64,000 nucleotides of DNA, from assembly GCA_048128005.1 (NCBI GenBank), contig JBEUKZ010000060.1, forward strand, positions 372,001 through 436,000, written 5' to 3'. This document shows positions 32,321 through 46,947 of this stretch, in pieces. Position numbers and translations under genes: made by a program. The first letter of the stretch is position 1. Every line of letters begins with the position of its first letter. The stretch is from Veleropilina oligotropha (Eukaryota). The notes below the pieces were generated by a model. It was not told the origin of the DNA, ran no database searches, and was given only the letters and a program-made list of their open reading frames with translations.

Positions 32321-33279
32321 CTGGGTGAATCTGAGGTGTTCTCGAATATTTACCTGATTCTGAAGTTAAACTTTTATCAAACATCTTTCCATTGTTTCTC
32401 AATGTTGTGATGCTGATCACCATATTATAAGGCTAATTGTAAGACTATTTCTTTAAAATTAACTTTCAAAATGTGATAATTGTTTTGTGCATTATGTTGT
32501 GTCTTATTCATAAATTATAATCATTTTAACGCAATTTATGTCTAACCAATTATTGGGGATGTTGTTCTCATCCACCTGATGTCCGATATATGTTATCATT
32601 AATGTATTATAGCATATTTGTATGTTAGTACCTTTCATATCTCTTAGGATATTTACATTTTATTTTAACCAATTTATTTATATTAAATCATTGTTGAAAG
32701 ATTGTGGTTAATTTCTTGATGTGCTTATCCTATAAGGGGAACTATTCACATTTAATTTAGAGTACTATGTGAAAAATAGGCAAATATTTAATAAATTTAT
32801 ATTTGCCATTAATTATATATAATTAGAAATAAATCTTCAGGAAATGTGAATTACTCATGTGGAATAGAACATTCAGCATGAAATACTTCAATTGAGTTCA
32901 AAATACAAAATATAACATAAGATTTGAATTATTAAATGTTATCTCATTAGATAATCCATAATTACAAATAATGTGCACTCATTTTTTCACACAATTATTA
33001 TAAATTTGAATGGATATTACGCTTATTCTGAGACTCCGTAACGGCCGCGACAGTCTTTTTCATTCCCTTTATCCTACCAGAGTTAAATAATGCATGAAAG
33101 TTTAAAAGTATAACTTACATGTTTATGTATTATAATACCCTGATTTAATGAAATGAACAATGCAAAATTTAGAGAAATTCCAAATCTTAGCTGGGAGATA
33201 GAACATGTGAGGTTTTTACATTGTAACGCCCGCGACACACGTTGGCCATTAATATTTCTGAACGCTGTGGTAAATGAAA

Positions 33280-34000
33280 CAACGAATTTCTCCATGGACA
33301 TTGTGTTGTCAACGTAAGCTCCTAAATTTCTTACAAATTCGCTGGAGTTTATTTCTGTTGTACCGACATGTAAGTTTACATCTTCGACCTTTGTGATGTT
33401 GTTTCTTGAACCAAATATAATAAACTCAGTTTGATCATCATTGAGTTTCAGCATGTGTGTGCACATTCACTGTTTGATCTATTGCCTTGAAGGAGCTTTT
33501 GGGGATCAAATGCAACATATATTTGACCGTCATCTGCATAGAAATGATAGATCCGATTGTATTTGGAGGCGATCTCTGCTACGGGCGTGACATACATCGA
33601 AAACATAATAGGTCCCAAGACGGAACCTTGTAGCACACCGTAAGGGAGAGAGGCCAGGTCACATTTCATGCCGTTTATGATGTCGGTTTGCTTTCGCACA
33701 TGTAGATATGACTTAATTCATGTAAGCGCTGATTTCTTGATTCCAAAGTAGACGTTCAGTCGATTAAATATAATTTTGTGGTCAATTGTTTCGAAGGCTG
33801 CACTCATGTCAAGCAATACGAGAGCAACCATTGATTTCCGATGAAGAGATTGAAGGATGCCATTCTGTACCTTTAAAAATGTTGTTTCTGTGGAGTGAAA
33901 CATGCGATAAGCTGATTGGTATTTGTCTAAAAGCATGTGATCTTTCAAGTGAGCGTTTAATCGAATTGCTACAACACGTTTCACAAGTTTCGAAACAATT
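33280..34000 (-). mobile_element. L2 RT fragment, same family as 6001-7615
   Basis: Near-identical peptides (YQSAYRMFHSTET, YHFYADD, MLKLNDD..EFVRNLGAY) with frameshifts. Confidence 0.85.
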
Positions 34001-34449
34001 TCGTTATCGCAAAAACGAACACGAAACGGCACAAAATCGACAGCTATTCAGACAATGTCAGAAGCATGTTTTCTCCACACGGTTAAACGGAAGTATGTCA
34101 TAAGAATCCGAGTGCGCATGCCCATCCAGGTAATAATAAAACGGATTTCTTAAATTCGTATCAACGGTGCCACACTGTACAGGTAGTTCGAATTAACCTA
34201 ATACGCAATAGCTTAATACGCTACAAGAACCGTGCTAGGCAGTATGGTTTTAATCTGTATTAAGAGGGACCTGGTGTGGCACCTTAATACGTATTAATGT
34301 TTTAATACGGTTCTAATTCGTATTAAAAGGCTAGTGTGAACACAGCATTAGACACGCTCCAAGTGCACGTTCATCATAGTTGTGTATTTTATCTATATGT
34401 AGATCAATGAACAATGAAACAACATTGCATTCAATTAGGAGTTACTCGC

Positions 34450-34598
34450 GGACGTCTAAGCGGACGATCATCACTGCTCGTGAATTGCAGCTAAGACAAT
34501 CATTTAAATGTTCGCGGACAATATTGTTTTATCTACCGTGTAAAAGATAATCGGGTTTTAACTGTACGCACGTTAAAACGCTTTTATGAATTCGGGCC
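34450..34598 (-). repeat. Probable right TIR of the Harbinger element starting at 10569
   Basis: Ends TTTATGAATTCGGGCC, the reverse complement of GGCCCGAATTCATAAA. Imperfect similarity continues about 120 bp inward (CTTTTACACG..AAAA..CTTAG..ATTCA). Confidence 0.6.
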
Positions 34599-34814
34599 TT
34601 TATATTTACTGGCAGCCATGTTGTGTCAGTTGACCGTTCTCTTTCCGTTTTGTTAAGAAAATCGTTCAAAATGAATAGTTAGCTAATGTTAGGTGGCATT
34701 TGCTAACGTTCGCTTCAACTGAACTCACCCCTCAGGTCAGTGTTTTACAAAATGTCACATCGCGGGCGTGTTGATCGCAAAATTAATATATTAAACTATT
34801 TTATTGAATCCGGT

Positions 34815-35246
34815 CTCGGTTCTTTTCCTTTATACGACCCCAAATTTCTACTAAAGGCAAATGCAGCTTAATTACGATAAGATACACGTGATGGGTACGT
34901 AGTTTTATTAGCTTTACAAGCGTATATATAAGTATATACACCGGACCGCCCCGTGAGCCTGGACTGACCGAGGTTTACCTGTTGCTAGTCCCCATGGATT
35001 TAATAGTTAGATCAGTTAGATCCAATTGACATAGTTGGAGCACAGTTGCGTGGTTTCTGCTCGTCAAGTGAAATAGCTTTCTACTTGACAATAACATATA
35101 CCAGGTATGGATCTTTATTTCATTTATCAAACAGTAAAGTAGCATACTTATATTGTTATGTATGAATAAAAATTTGGTATTATTATTCCAATCTATAATT
35201 TTACAATTTGAAAAATTGGGGTCGTATAAAGGAAAAGATCACCGAT
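34815..35246. mobile_element. MITE
   Basis: TIR TCTTTTCCTTTATACGACCCCAA / TTGGGGTCGTATAAAGGAAAAGA. Confidence 0.7.
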
Positions 35247-35380
35247 CTCTTCCGTACTATAGTGTCTGGTAATGACATGAGATCTTCCTTGGTTGCTTGG
35301 CAACTTTGTTTTTGACCAAATTTTTCAGCATTATCGCATTAGGGACTGGTCATATGACAAATCCAGAACTCTTATATTAT

Positions 35381-36612
35381 GCCGAAAACTCATCTACCGA
35401 TTTTTTGTAACCGGCAGATTTTAATTAGCCGGTCGGATAAATCGGACGGTAACCATGCACCCGTAGGCATTTGAGCGCTCACCTACCGTTTTTATCGGCC
35501 GGTTTGAATCGATCGAGTGACGATTCAATTTTATTTTAGGTTAATTTTACCACGTGATATTTCTATTGAAAATACTTAAAGATGCTGAATCTACATTAGT
35601 ATGATATTTCATATAAAAGAAAACCATAAATACGATATGGTATCCATACATGACATGTTTTTAGGACGAAGGAAAAGTTAAAATGCAACAAAAGGTGTTG
35701 CTAGCATTTAATAATCGCTTCAGCCGACGTGGTATTTTTTTCGAGCGGGTCAATCTTCCGAGCTATCTTATCTCATTTATGTTATTGGGTCAAACGTCAC
35801 GTGGTCACGTCGATATGATTGACAACGTGCAGAGCAAACAAATGGCGTTGCAGCTACGTCAGTGTTTATTAGCGGTTCGCTGAAATTGATGTATTGCATT
35901 GAAACATATAGATAGTTTCTCATAATTGTAGTATATGGCAGCAATACTAACATAATAACCATATTTATTTCACCAACTAATTAGGCCTATTGCGCACCGC
36001 GACATTGTAATGGCATTGGGCATTCACTGTTTCAAGTGCTTCACGGTTTGTTTACAAGTTGAAGTAGCCGCATCCAATTTTCATTGATCGCGTTATTTAT
36101 TATTTCAAATTTTTTGCATACATCCATTTATAATCAGAAGCAGTCACAGTCGATAACGGCGGCCTGCCTCTATTTCTCTTGTCGACATCCGCCATGGAAA
36201 CCGATATAAACAAAACTCAGACAATGACGACCTAGAAAGGACCCGGCATAATTAGATTGCGGGAGTGATTTTAGGGCGGAGCTAAGTGACGTGTTGATTC
36301 CGCGAAGCCGTCGTTCATTTCCGTACAAATCTCGTGTACAATCGGCTCGAATTATGAGCGCGCGCTCATAATTCAATAAAAAAACTTATATTTATTACTA
36401 AGTGAAAAACAATTTTGCCGTGTGTGGTAATCGCTGAAACGTCCTAACTATATGCAATAAATCAATGCAGAAAGTGTAAGATAGAACAGCATTTAAATAC
36501 GTTTTAGCGATCTGAAGTAGATCCTGCATCTTTAACAAGCAAATCGGGTCGATTTCAATAAATCGTTGACAGTGTCAAGGAATCGCCGGCCGGAAAAGAA
36601 ACAATCGGTCCG
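35381..36612. mobile_element. MITE (same family as 38887-39180) interrupted by a TTAA element
   Basis: Reverse-complement similarity to 38887-39180 on both sides of 35580-36531. Confidence 0.7.
35580..36531. mobile_element. Kolobok-like non-autonomous element
   Basis: TTAA TSD; TIR AGATGCTGAATCTAC / GTAGATCCTGCATCT. Confidence 0.7.
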
Positions 36613-37796
36613 GATATACATGGGATAGGGTACAAGTTATAACAACTTAGTAAAACCCTCTCCCTTCAAATATACAAAACATAGCGTTTGCAACATAATA
36701 AATAGGTGATTTAAACATAATATTTTGATAACAATTCGTTATACATTAAAAGGTGCGTGAAAACAAAACAAAAAATGTGCATTGGTAGCAATATATATAT
36801 GTTAGAAACTTTTTATACAATCGCTTACTCTTTTTTATGAATGTTTGCACTATTTCGAAAATGCGCATATTTTCCTCGGGCAATAGATCCTCATTTCCTT
36901 TTAGTAAAACATCTAGGGTAATGGGAAAAATGCGTAATATATTATTAAAGAGTTCCCTCCTTTGAGTGATGTACATATTACAATTGCAGAAATAGTGGTG
37001 TGAATTTTCACATTCATAGCCGCAGTTACAATTTGCATGGTCATTAATATTGACTCTTTCAAGATCATAATTTATAGAACTGCATCTATATCTTAATTTT
37101 GTATGCAGAATATTTAAATGTCGTTGACCATAATTAAAGTAATTGGGTGATGATGGTCTCTTTAAGTTTATAATAGCTTTAAATTTATTCATTGTAGTTT
37201 GATCCTGCGTATTTGTATTCAAAGCATTCCACAATATGATGGATGAGGGAATAAATGACCTATTACTCGTAGTAAGTCGTAGGTTGGGTAAGCGATAATT
37301 ACTATTATTTCTTAGATTGTAAGCAGAAGTATCAAGAATCCTAAGGGGGATTAACTCTTTCAAAGAAGAGGGAACAGTATTATTGTTGATTTTATTTAAA
37401 AAAACATAATTTGCGACGCTGACACCGAACTGTTAATGAATCAAGACCAGTTTCAAAATATAATGATTCTCGAGTGCAATAATTCGGTAACCCAGTTACT
37501 ATACTTGCACTGTCTGAATATGAGCAGTCCATTTACAGTCATCACTAAATGTCACACCAAGATGTCGATGATTTTTTATATTATTAATCTGCCCATCTCC
37601 AAATATGAGAGAGAGATATCGTTTATCGTGACTGTTTGAAATAAGTAGTACTTCTGTTTTGGCAGCGTTAAAGTTATTAGCCAATTCTGTGACCATATTT
37701 GCAATTTATGTAATTCTTCATTAAGTACATTTTCAATGTCAAAGACTGACGTTGATGAATAATTCAAATATGTATCCGTGGTACAGTGGTAGATGC

Positions 37797-38140
37797 AGCC
37801 GTGGTACAGTGGTAAATGCACTGGCCTCTCCTCGAGAGGTTTGAGGTTCAACCCCGATCCCGGCGACTTCCCTTGGGCAAGGAATTAAAGCATATATTGC
37901 CTCGGTTCACCCAGCCGATCTGAGTGGGTACCTAGTTGGCAGTGAGGGAAATTGTCAGTACGACTAGTTGATGCGCCTATAAATGGCAGCTCGGCTGTAA
38001 TACTCTCAGAGAGAGTTGAGATGGAATCTCGAACAGAACAGGCCGTTACCCAGGGAATAATAATGTAGCGCTTTGAGCAGGCATTCGTGCATGAAAAGGC
38101 GCAATATAAGTATCCATTATTATTATTATTATTATTATTA
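37797..38140 (+). mobile_element. tRNA-derived SINE with L2-like 3' tail
   Basis: A box TGGTACAGTGG, B box GGTTCAACCCC, central CCTTGGGCAAG..CACCCAGC..GGGTACC, and tail GCGCTTTGAG..GGCGCAATATAAG(TTA)n. Confidence 0.8.
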
Positions 38141-38886
38141 TCGTCAGCAAATAATGGTTAAGTCGTCTGCAATATTATTAATATATAACAAAAATAGAAG
38201 TGGACCGTGAACAGATCCTTGAGGTAGGCTACGCCGCAGTAACAGCGACATCAACTGATTTTTCTTTTTTAATTGAAACTGATTGTTGTCATTCTGTCAG
38301 ATAATTTATTACCCAATTTAGTAATGTTCCTGTTTTACCATAAGCTTTCAATTTTGCAACGAGACCCTTGTGCCATACCCGGTCGAACGCTTTTGATATA
38401 TCGCAGAAAACTAGACATGTGTGTTGCTTTTTTTCCAAGGCCTGGCATATACCGTCATATATTTCAATTAATTGGTGAACGGTGCTGTGGCCTGGCATAA
38501 TACCAGATTGATATTTAAAAAATAATGTATTGTTTAGTAAATAGTTATGAACGTACTTAAAGACTACTCTTTCAAACACTTTATCCACACAGGGCAAAGG
38601 TGAAATTGATCTGTAATTTGAAACCACGTGACGATTACCTTTCTTGAAAAAATGGGAAAACTAGAGCTTGTTTCCATATTGTTGGAAATTGTGAATGTCT
38701 TAATGACATATTGAATAAAACGGATAATGGCTTGCAAACTGATTTTGCCGTGTCCTTTAACGTCTGTTGACTAATACCATCTGCACCTGATGCTTTGCCA
38801 TATTTTAATATTTTCAATATATCGAAAACACTATCATCAGAAGTTACTTCAACATAATTTAAGGCAGAATCTGTTCGACTAATTAA

Positions 38887-39180
38887 GCCGAGTTCTCATC
38901 TACTGATTTTTCCGGCCTGACGAAGAATCGGCCGACAAATCGGTAGAGGACGTGTCGCCGGCCGGTTATTGAAATCAACACCGATTTGCTTGTTAAATAT
39001 TTTCAAAAGAAATATAGCACGTGGTAAAATTGACCTAAAATAGACTTAAAACGTCATTCGATCTGTTCAAACCTGCCGATAAAAACGGTAGGTGCATGAG
39101 CGCTGAAATACCTACAGACGGTTACCGTCCGGCTAATTAAAATATATCAGTTACAAAAACTCGGTAGATGAGATCCCGGC
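38887..39180. mobile_element. MITE flanked by TTAA
   Basis: TIR GCCGAGTTCTCATCTAC / GTAGATGAGATCCCGGC. A short derivative lies at about 39670-39748. Confidence 0.75.
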
Positions 39181-42100
39181 TTAAGAACATCTGGAACTGT
39201 CTTGCCTCTATCATCGGGGCTAGATATTGAACAAAAGTACGCATTTAACAATTCTGCCTTTTCTAAGTCATCAACTACAATACAGCTATTATTATCATTT
39301 ATTAAAGGTGGAATACTATGAGATGTCCCTGAAGATTTCATAAGAAGGTTGATTAGTTTCCAATTAATCGATTAAATTCTTCAAAATTGGCGTTTCTATA
39401 GGACCAAACCTCTCGTTTGTATGCGTTAGTTAGTTTAATTGAGGTATCAATTAAAGCGATTCATGCTTCGTGGTCGCTAACAGAACGATCGACTGACAGG
39501 ACAGATGCGTCTGTGCAATTACGAGAGTCGCTTACAAAAATCGGATCTAATAATGTACTGTTAATACATCCTATCCGGGTAGGTTCAGAAATAACGTTCT
39601 TTAGTCCGAATTGCATAGTTATATCTGATAACGGATGATTTGGAGTAATAGTTAGCATGTCTACATTTAGGTCGCTATATAAGGATGATGCTCATCTGCC
39701 GATTTTTCCTGCCGATTCTTCGTCTGGTCGGTAGATGAGTTCCCGGCTTTACGCATAAAAAACGGTCGTGATGTAAATCCAGCTGGAAACACGACAACGT
39801 GAACGCACCATGCAGAATGATAAAACGACAGGCTGACGATGCGTATTTTCGCCAAATTTTGTCGTCTTTCCTTTTTGTCATCTTTGTAATCCCTGCAAAC
39901 CAAACAATCTTGAGAAAGGTTTTAAATTAAATTTAAATTAAATAGAATTTGTTTGGGTTTAGAAAGCACATTACTGTAACTCATATAAAAACCCATTGAA
40001 GTGATCTTGTCCTCTATAACATGCCCTGCTTCTTAAAATGCTCATCTATAGGCGATTTTTAAATTGGTTTACAGATGTTGAATCCACTACATTATTATGA
40101 AGAGCATTCCATTCATCGACAACTCGATTTGAGATAAAGTGTTTTCTAACGTCAAGTCGGAATCGCTTTTTGTAAATCTTGTATTGATGCCCCCTGGTAT
40201 GTCTTTGGTTCATCTGAAAAAAGAAACTATTGTCAACGTTGTCTTTTCCAGTAAACATTTTAAAAACCTGAATCATATCACCCCTTATCCTTCTCAAAGA
40301 TAATGTTGTGAGGTTCAGAGCTCTTAGTCTGTCCTCATATGGCAATTCCCTTAATTCTCCTATCAATTTTGTGGCTCTTCTTTGAACTTGTTCTAGAATA
40401 TTGATATCATTTGCAAGATATGGACACCATGCTTGCACTGCATATTCTAAATGCAGTCTAACCATTTGCTTGTATAGGCGAGTTATGATGGCTTTAGATT
40501 TAAAATTAAAGTTTGTCTTTATCATTCCCAATATTTGATTTCCCTTTTTGGATGACTCTGCACATTGATTTGATGGTTTGAATGTGTTGTCTACCCATAC
40601 ACCCAAATCTTTTTCTTTGGCCACTTCTTGTAAAGTTTCTGAACCCATTTCATAATTATAGGTATTGTTGTTATAACCCACATGCATTACTTTACATTTA
40701 CTGGTGTTGAAAAGCATTTGCCAATCCTCAGACCATTTTACCGCATTATTTAAGTCACTTTGAAGTTTCTTTGCATCTTCTTCAGTTTCGATAATTCTGT
40801 AGAATTTGGTATCATCTGCAAACTTTTTTACTAGTGATGTAATGACGTCATCAATATCATTTAAATTTATGAGAAACAACAATGGTCCCAAAACAGAACC
40901 TTGTGGGACACCACTTTGTACCGGTTCCCACTTTGACTTTATCCCATTTATTACAACCCTCTGTTTTCTATTTTCTAGCCACTTACATATCCAATTTAGT
41001 ATTGGGCCTTTAATGCCATGGTTACTTAATTTTTGTAATAGTCGTCTATGTGGTACTTTATCGAATGCTTTCTGAAAGTCAAGATATATAATATCAACTG
41101 GTTTTCCCGTGTCAATTGCACTTGTTACATCTTCAAAAAAATCCAGTAAGTTTGTTAAACAAGATCTTTTCTCTATAAACCCATGCTGACTAAGGTTCAG
41201 AAAGCCAAATTTATTTATGTGTTTTAAAATAGCATCCTTTAAGATAGATTCCATTATTTTGCCTACTATTGATGTCAGACTAATAGGTCGGTAATTTTGG
41301 GTATTTGATCGACTACCCTTTTTAAAGATTAGGGTAGTATTTCCAGTTTTCCAGTCATCAGGCAAGCTGCCTTCTTGTAGAGTTTTATTGAATATCAGGG
41401 CTAATGTCTTTGCTAATTCATCCTTACCGTATTTTAGCAATTTGGGATATATTGGGATCAGGACCTGGAGCTTTACTGACATTTAGTAAGCTTATCTTTT
41501 TTTCAACCATTTCCGTAGTAATTTCAATACTTTCACAAAAATTTTCATGATCTTCATAAATATGTTTTACCGGTTGAATGTTTACCGTGTCCTCAAGCAT
41601 ATAAACAGAGGCAAAATATTTGTTTAGGGATTCTGAAATTTGTGCATCATCGGATATAACGTTTCCATGTTCATCGTTTAGGGGACCAACGACATCTTTT
41701 GTTTTTTGTTTTGACCTAATATAAGCATAAAAAGATTTGGGGTTTTCATTGATGTTTTCTGCTAGCTTTTCTTCAAAAGTTTTTTGGCTGCTCGGATTTC
41801 TTTTTTGCTTTTATCCTCACATTCTTTATATTTTTGGGTGCTCATCGTTGTCGTGCGACTCTCTGTATCTTTTCCAACGTTTATATTTCCTTCTTATAAT
41901 TTTTTTGACTTTCCTGGTTAACCATGGTGGTGAATGTTTTTTGCGTCTACACTTTAATGGAACATTTCTTTTCATTATTTCTTCGATGTTTTTTTGAAAA
42001 ACTTCCCAACATTCTAGTTTTCAGTTCCCTCCCAGTTTATATTTTGGAGATCTGCTTTAATTTTGTCAAAATCTGCTTTTCGAAAATCTGGTATTTCTTG

Positions 42101-43514
42101 TTTGCTAGTTTTCACAATTGTTTTTGTGTGTAGCTGAAATTAAATTAAATCATGATCACTACTTCTAAGTTTCCCAATTATGCTAATGTTTTGTACCATA
42201 TTTACCTCACTGGAAAACACTAAGTCTAATACATTATTGCCTCTAGTCGGGAAATCCACATGTTGGTGCATGAATTCATTTTGCATTGTGGTTAAAAAAT
42301 CTTTTCCTGCTTTCCCACTATGCAAAGTTTCCAATTTATATCTGGGTAATTAAAGTCTCCCATAATTAATACGTTGAACTTGGAGTTACTAACATTTTCC
42401 AATGTACTATTTAAAATTAGCACTATTCTCTTCAGTGCTATTGGTGAACGGTAAACAATACCTACAATTGTGGAATATTTTTTATTATTCGCCATAATTT
42501 CACACAAATTGAATTTTGAAAAGAGTTTATTTTAAAATCTTCACGAGAAACAGAATTTAGTTGATCTTTGATGTATAGTAATACCCCTCCACCTCTGCCA
42601 TTTAACGTATCTGTTATATCCTCTCTGTATAATTTGTAACCCTCTACATTTATTCGGCATCCTTTATGTTACTATTTGTCCATGATTCTGTAACTTCTAA
42701 CACATCTGGGTTGTGTACATCAATTAGTGTTTCTAGTTCCCCTTGCTTATTCATCACACTTTGGGCATTTGTAAATATAACTTTCAGCACTTTTTGTCTT
42801 TTTTATCTCCTCTAGATTTTGAAGGGCCTATCTGCTTTCCAGTGACTTTTGCGGTTTTTCTTTGCCTCTTTGTATTATTCGCTGTTTTCTGGTTGTTCCG
42901 TTTTCTGATTTGGTGATCCAACCTCCCCAACAGTTGAAATGTTTCTCTGTCGCCCTATTTACTCCTCTGGCCAGCACTTCTCCACCCTCCAGTGAAGGGT
43001 GCAGTCCATCTCTGAAATACCACTCCCTCCTTCCCTCAAACTTGTCCCACAAATAACAAAAACCAAACCCGTCCGAGCAACAATACTCACGCAACCAGGC
43101 ATTTACCTCTCTCATCTTCTCCGGCAATCTCCTAGGCCCTCTCCTTGGCAACAGCCCACCAACAATCAAGTTTATCTTACCATCGTCGCACAGTTTCGGA
43201 AGCAATTCCTGGTACTTCTTCTTCATTTCCTCGGGACTGTCCTTCTCGATGTTGTTTGTCCCTATGATGACCACAACCGTCCCTTCCCCCGCAGTCAGAC
43301 TGTTTGCCCTCGATGTGATATCTTCTATCTTGGCTCCTGGTAAACACACCCTTGTTCTTCTTTTCCTGTCAACAGCACAAAAAGTGTTATCATCGTTTCT
43401 AACTATAGATGAACCTATCAAAACAATATTTTCCGACGCTATATAGTCATCTAAAACCTCCCACTCAACCCCTGTTTCATTCATATCAACCTCATTCGTG
43501 TCATTTGTATCATA

Positions 43515-46500
43515 CTGAATTCCAAACAGCTATTAATGCATGTCATATTCCAGAGGGTGTGACCTTTGACAAAATAAAATCACTACAATTCAATATATTT
43601 GAACTAAACGACAAGAAGTTTATTTTAAACAACGAAAACGTGGATCCAGACAACAACTTTTATAATACCTCACTGAATCACAAATGTAATTTTTATGTTG
43701 AAGAGCAATTCAATGAATTGACAACGGATCTGGCTAACTCTGATACATTTTCTCTAATTCATATCAATTGCAGAAGTCTGCATAAAAATCATTCACACTT
43801 AACTCAATACTTGAATACTCTAAATCACAATTTTTCTGTAATTGCTGTATCAGAGACATGGCTCAAGAGTGAAAATGAGGATTTATACCCAATTGCTAAC
43901 TATAGGCATATATTTAATTCGCGTGTTAACTCGAAAGGCGGCGGTGTTGGATTATATGTAAGAGAAGGAGTGAACTTTAAGGTACGACATGATTTAAGTA
44001 TTTTTGAAGAAGGGCATTTTGAATCTCTATTTATAGAGATTATATCACAAAAAACAAAAAACATCATAACTGGTGTAATATATAGACCACCGGGTCGTGG
44101 AATTCAATACTTTAATACCAACCTGGAAAAAATCTTAAACACTCTTGTAAAAGAGTCTAAAACAAATTACCTGACCGGAGATTTTAATATAGATTTATTA
44201 AAGAGCGATACGCACGAAGATACTAACGATTTCTTAAATAATATGATATCACATTCACTGTATCCATTAATAACTCGACCAACCCGTATTACAGCTAACA
44301 CATCATCATTAATTGACAACATATTCACCAATGACATGATGCACAAAATAGTGACCGGAATCCTTTTTGTCGATATTTCAGATCACTTGCCGATATTTCA
44401 AATCACGAGCACCGGCACTAACAAATACGAAAAAGCAAAAACAACATTTACCCGTAAATTCGACGAGCGATCAATTGAATCATTTAAAAACGAATTAGAA
44501 GTGACGAACTGGGACGACGTATATGCCACAGACGATGCAAGTATTGCATATGACATATTTTTAAACAAATATAAAACCCTATATGATAAAAATTTTCCCT
44601 TGTGCAAAAACAACATTAAAAAAGCAAAAGGCAAACCATGGATGACCAGTGGTTTACTTAAATCATGTAATAGAAAAAATAAACTATATAGACAATATTT
44701 GTATAAACAAACAAAACAGGCTGAAGATAAGTATAAAAAATATAAAAATAAACTCACACACTTAATAAAAATGACAAAACGTGCCTTCTTCTCAAATAAA
44801 CTCGCAAACGCGAAAGAAAATTTAAAATTAACGTGGAAAATTATTAAACTAGCCATCAGTAAAAAAGATAACACACATGAAGTGCCTACTGAGATTAGAT
44901 CAAATGAAACCAACATATCCGGGGATTATCAAATTGCTCAACACTTTAATAACTACTTTACCAATATCGGGCCTCAATTGGCAAATAAAATCGAAGCTAC
45001 CCAGACAGATTACTCTAAATATATGTCTGGAAATTATCCTAATTCATTATTTTTTACACCAGTTAACGAATACGAGATTAAAACTATACTTTCGGAGATA
45101 AAAACAAATAAATCTTCTGGTCATGATGGAATATCGCCACATATAGCCAAAGCTTCCTCAAGTTTTATACTATCACCATTGACTGAAATTTTTAATAAGT
45201 CATTATCTACAGGCTTGGTCCCTGAGAGTTTGAAAATTGCTAAAATCACACCAATTTTCAAAGCAGATGACCCATTAATAGTAAATAATTACCGTCCTAT
45301 CTCAGTTCTTCCTATATTTTCCAAAATTTTAGAAAAAGTAGTCTATAATAGGCTATTGACATATATTAACCTAAACAACATACTTTACAATAAACAGTAC
45401 GGATTCCGAGAAAACCATTCAACTTTCATGGCCTTAATTGAACTAATTGACGAAATATCACAAGCAATAGACAAAAAAGAATTTACAATCGGAGTATTTA
45501 TTGATTTATCTAAAGCCTTCGACACCATTAATCACGACATATTATTAAAAAAGTTACAATTTTATGGAATAAGAGGAATTGTATTGAAGTGGTTTGAAAG
45601 CTATTTAAAATTCAGAAAACAGTACGTAACAATAAATCAGAGTGAATCAGAAACGACATCGGTTTTATGTGGTGTTCCACAGGGGTCTATTCTTGGACCT
45701 TTACTATTTATTTTATATATAAACGATCTAGCCAACACATCTTCATTACTAAAATTCATTTTATTTGCCGACGACACCAACATATTTTTTAGTCATAAAA
45801 ACTTCTGTACAATGATGAGTACTATTAATAAAGAACTTGAAAAGGTGAACCAATGGTTCAAAATAAATAAATTATCATTGAATGTCAAAAAAACTAATTA
45901 CATAATATTTACATCCAAAAACAAGCAATGTCCAAAATACGAAACAATGTTATCAATAAACGGAGTTCCTGTAAAACAAGTGTCCAATGCTAAATTTTTA
46001 GGTGTCACCATTGATGAGTACCTGACCTGGAATGAACACATACGAAATGTTGAATCAAAAGTTGCAAAGAGCACAGGTGTTTTGTGCAAACTAAGGAATT
46101 CCCTTCCCTCGTATATATTACCAACATTATATTCTAGTCTGATTTTACCTTACTATCAATACTGCACTATTGTATGGGCTAGTACCTACAAATCACGCCT
46201 AGAAAAATTATATTTACTGCAAAAGAGAGCTATACGGATTGCTTCTTCATCGTCTTATCTTGATCACTCTAAGCCTATATTCGCCAGTCTTGGCCAGCTT
46301 TCCATATTCGATTTATACAAACACCAACTTGCTACATTTATGTACAAATTTCATAAAAACAAACTGCCAGCCTCTTTTACATCATACTTCACTATGAACG
46401 CGCAAATCCACAATTATAACACAAGAAATAGAACTAATTACCATTTAATCCGAAACCGTACTAACACGAGACTTTTTTCATTAAAATGTCAAGGTCCTCG

Positions 46501-46597
46501 CCTCTGGAATTCCCTACCGATATCCTTAAAAAACTCTACCTCCATCTTTGCCTTTAAATATCAGTATAAATTACATCTTTTGAATAACTATATTTAA
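43515..46597 (+). CDS. LINE ORF2 (AP endonuclease + reverse transcriptase), 5' end truncated
   Basis: Open frame of more than 1000 aa. The first ~35 codons of the listed ORF (from 43409) come from the flanking CR1. Confidence 0.85.
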
Positions 46598-46947
46598 GCT
46601 GTAAATATTGGGTACTAATGTCACCTTGTAATAACTAAACTAAACACATATTAACTATACATTTATATTATTATTCTCAAAAACTTTATTTGCATATTAA
46701 ATCGCAGCTCAAATGACAGTCCCTACCCGGGTGGTCTACTTATAAGTCCTTGCGGGCTTCTTATTGATCTCCCGGCCATTGCATTATTAATTATTACTTT
46801 AAACTATGTTATCTGTATATATTTACTGCGCATGTATTATAATATTTATTCTTATATCATATTATATTATGTTAATATATTATTATTATATCATATTGTT
46901 ATATTATGCTTTGGCAAATAAACTCATTTCATTTCACTCATTTCATT
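43515..46947 (+). mobile_element. CR1/L2-group (Crack-like) LINE with intact ORF2, inserted into CR1 ORF1
   Basis: Uninterrupted APE (SETW, IYRPP, GDFN, SDH) and RT (FADD) to 46597; AATAAA at 46917; (TTTCA)n tail; short TSD TCATA. Confidence 0.9.

Larger units (their letters stand above)
31827..34347. mobile_element. Harbinger-type non-autonomous element carrying nested Tc1 and L2 fragments
   Basis: Termini ..GTTCACACT and AGTGTGAAC.. with TAATACG subterminal repeats at both ends. Confidence 0.45.
36630..39660 (-). mobile_element. Degenerate CR1-like LINE ORF2 interrupted by a SINE and a MITE
   Basis: NYRSISPLPC..FCDISKAFDRVWHKGL, QGSV.GPLLF, C-terminal C.CG..E...H..C motif, and endonuclease remnant EPTR..LDPIF..SDH. 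Confidence 0.8.

Noticed and set aside
43409..43514. ATG at 43409 as the LINE ORF2 start
   Set aside because: It lies in the antisense strand of the flanking CR1 ORF1, outside the insertion boundary.
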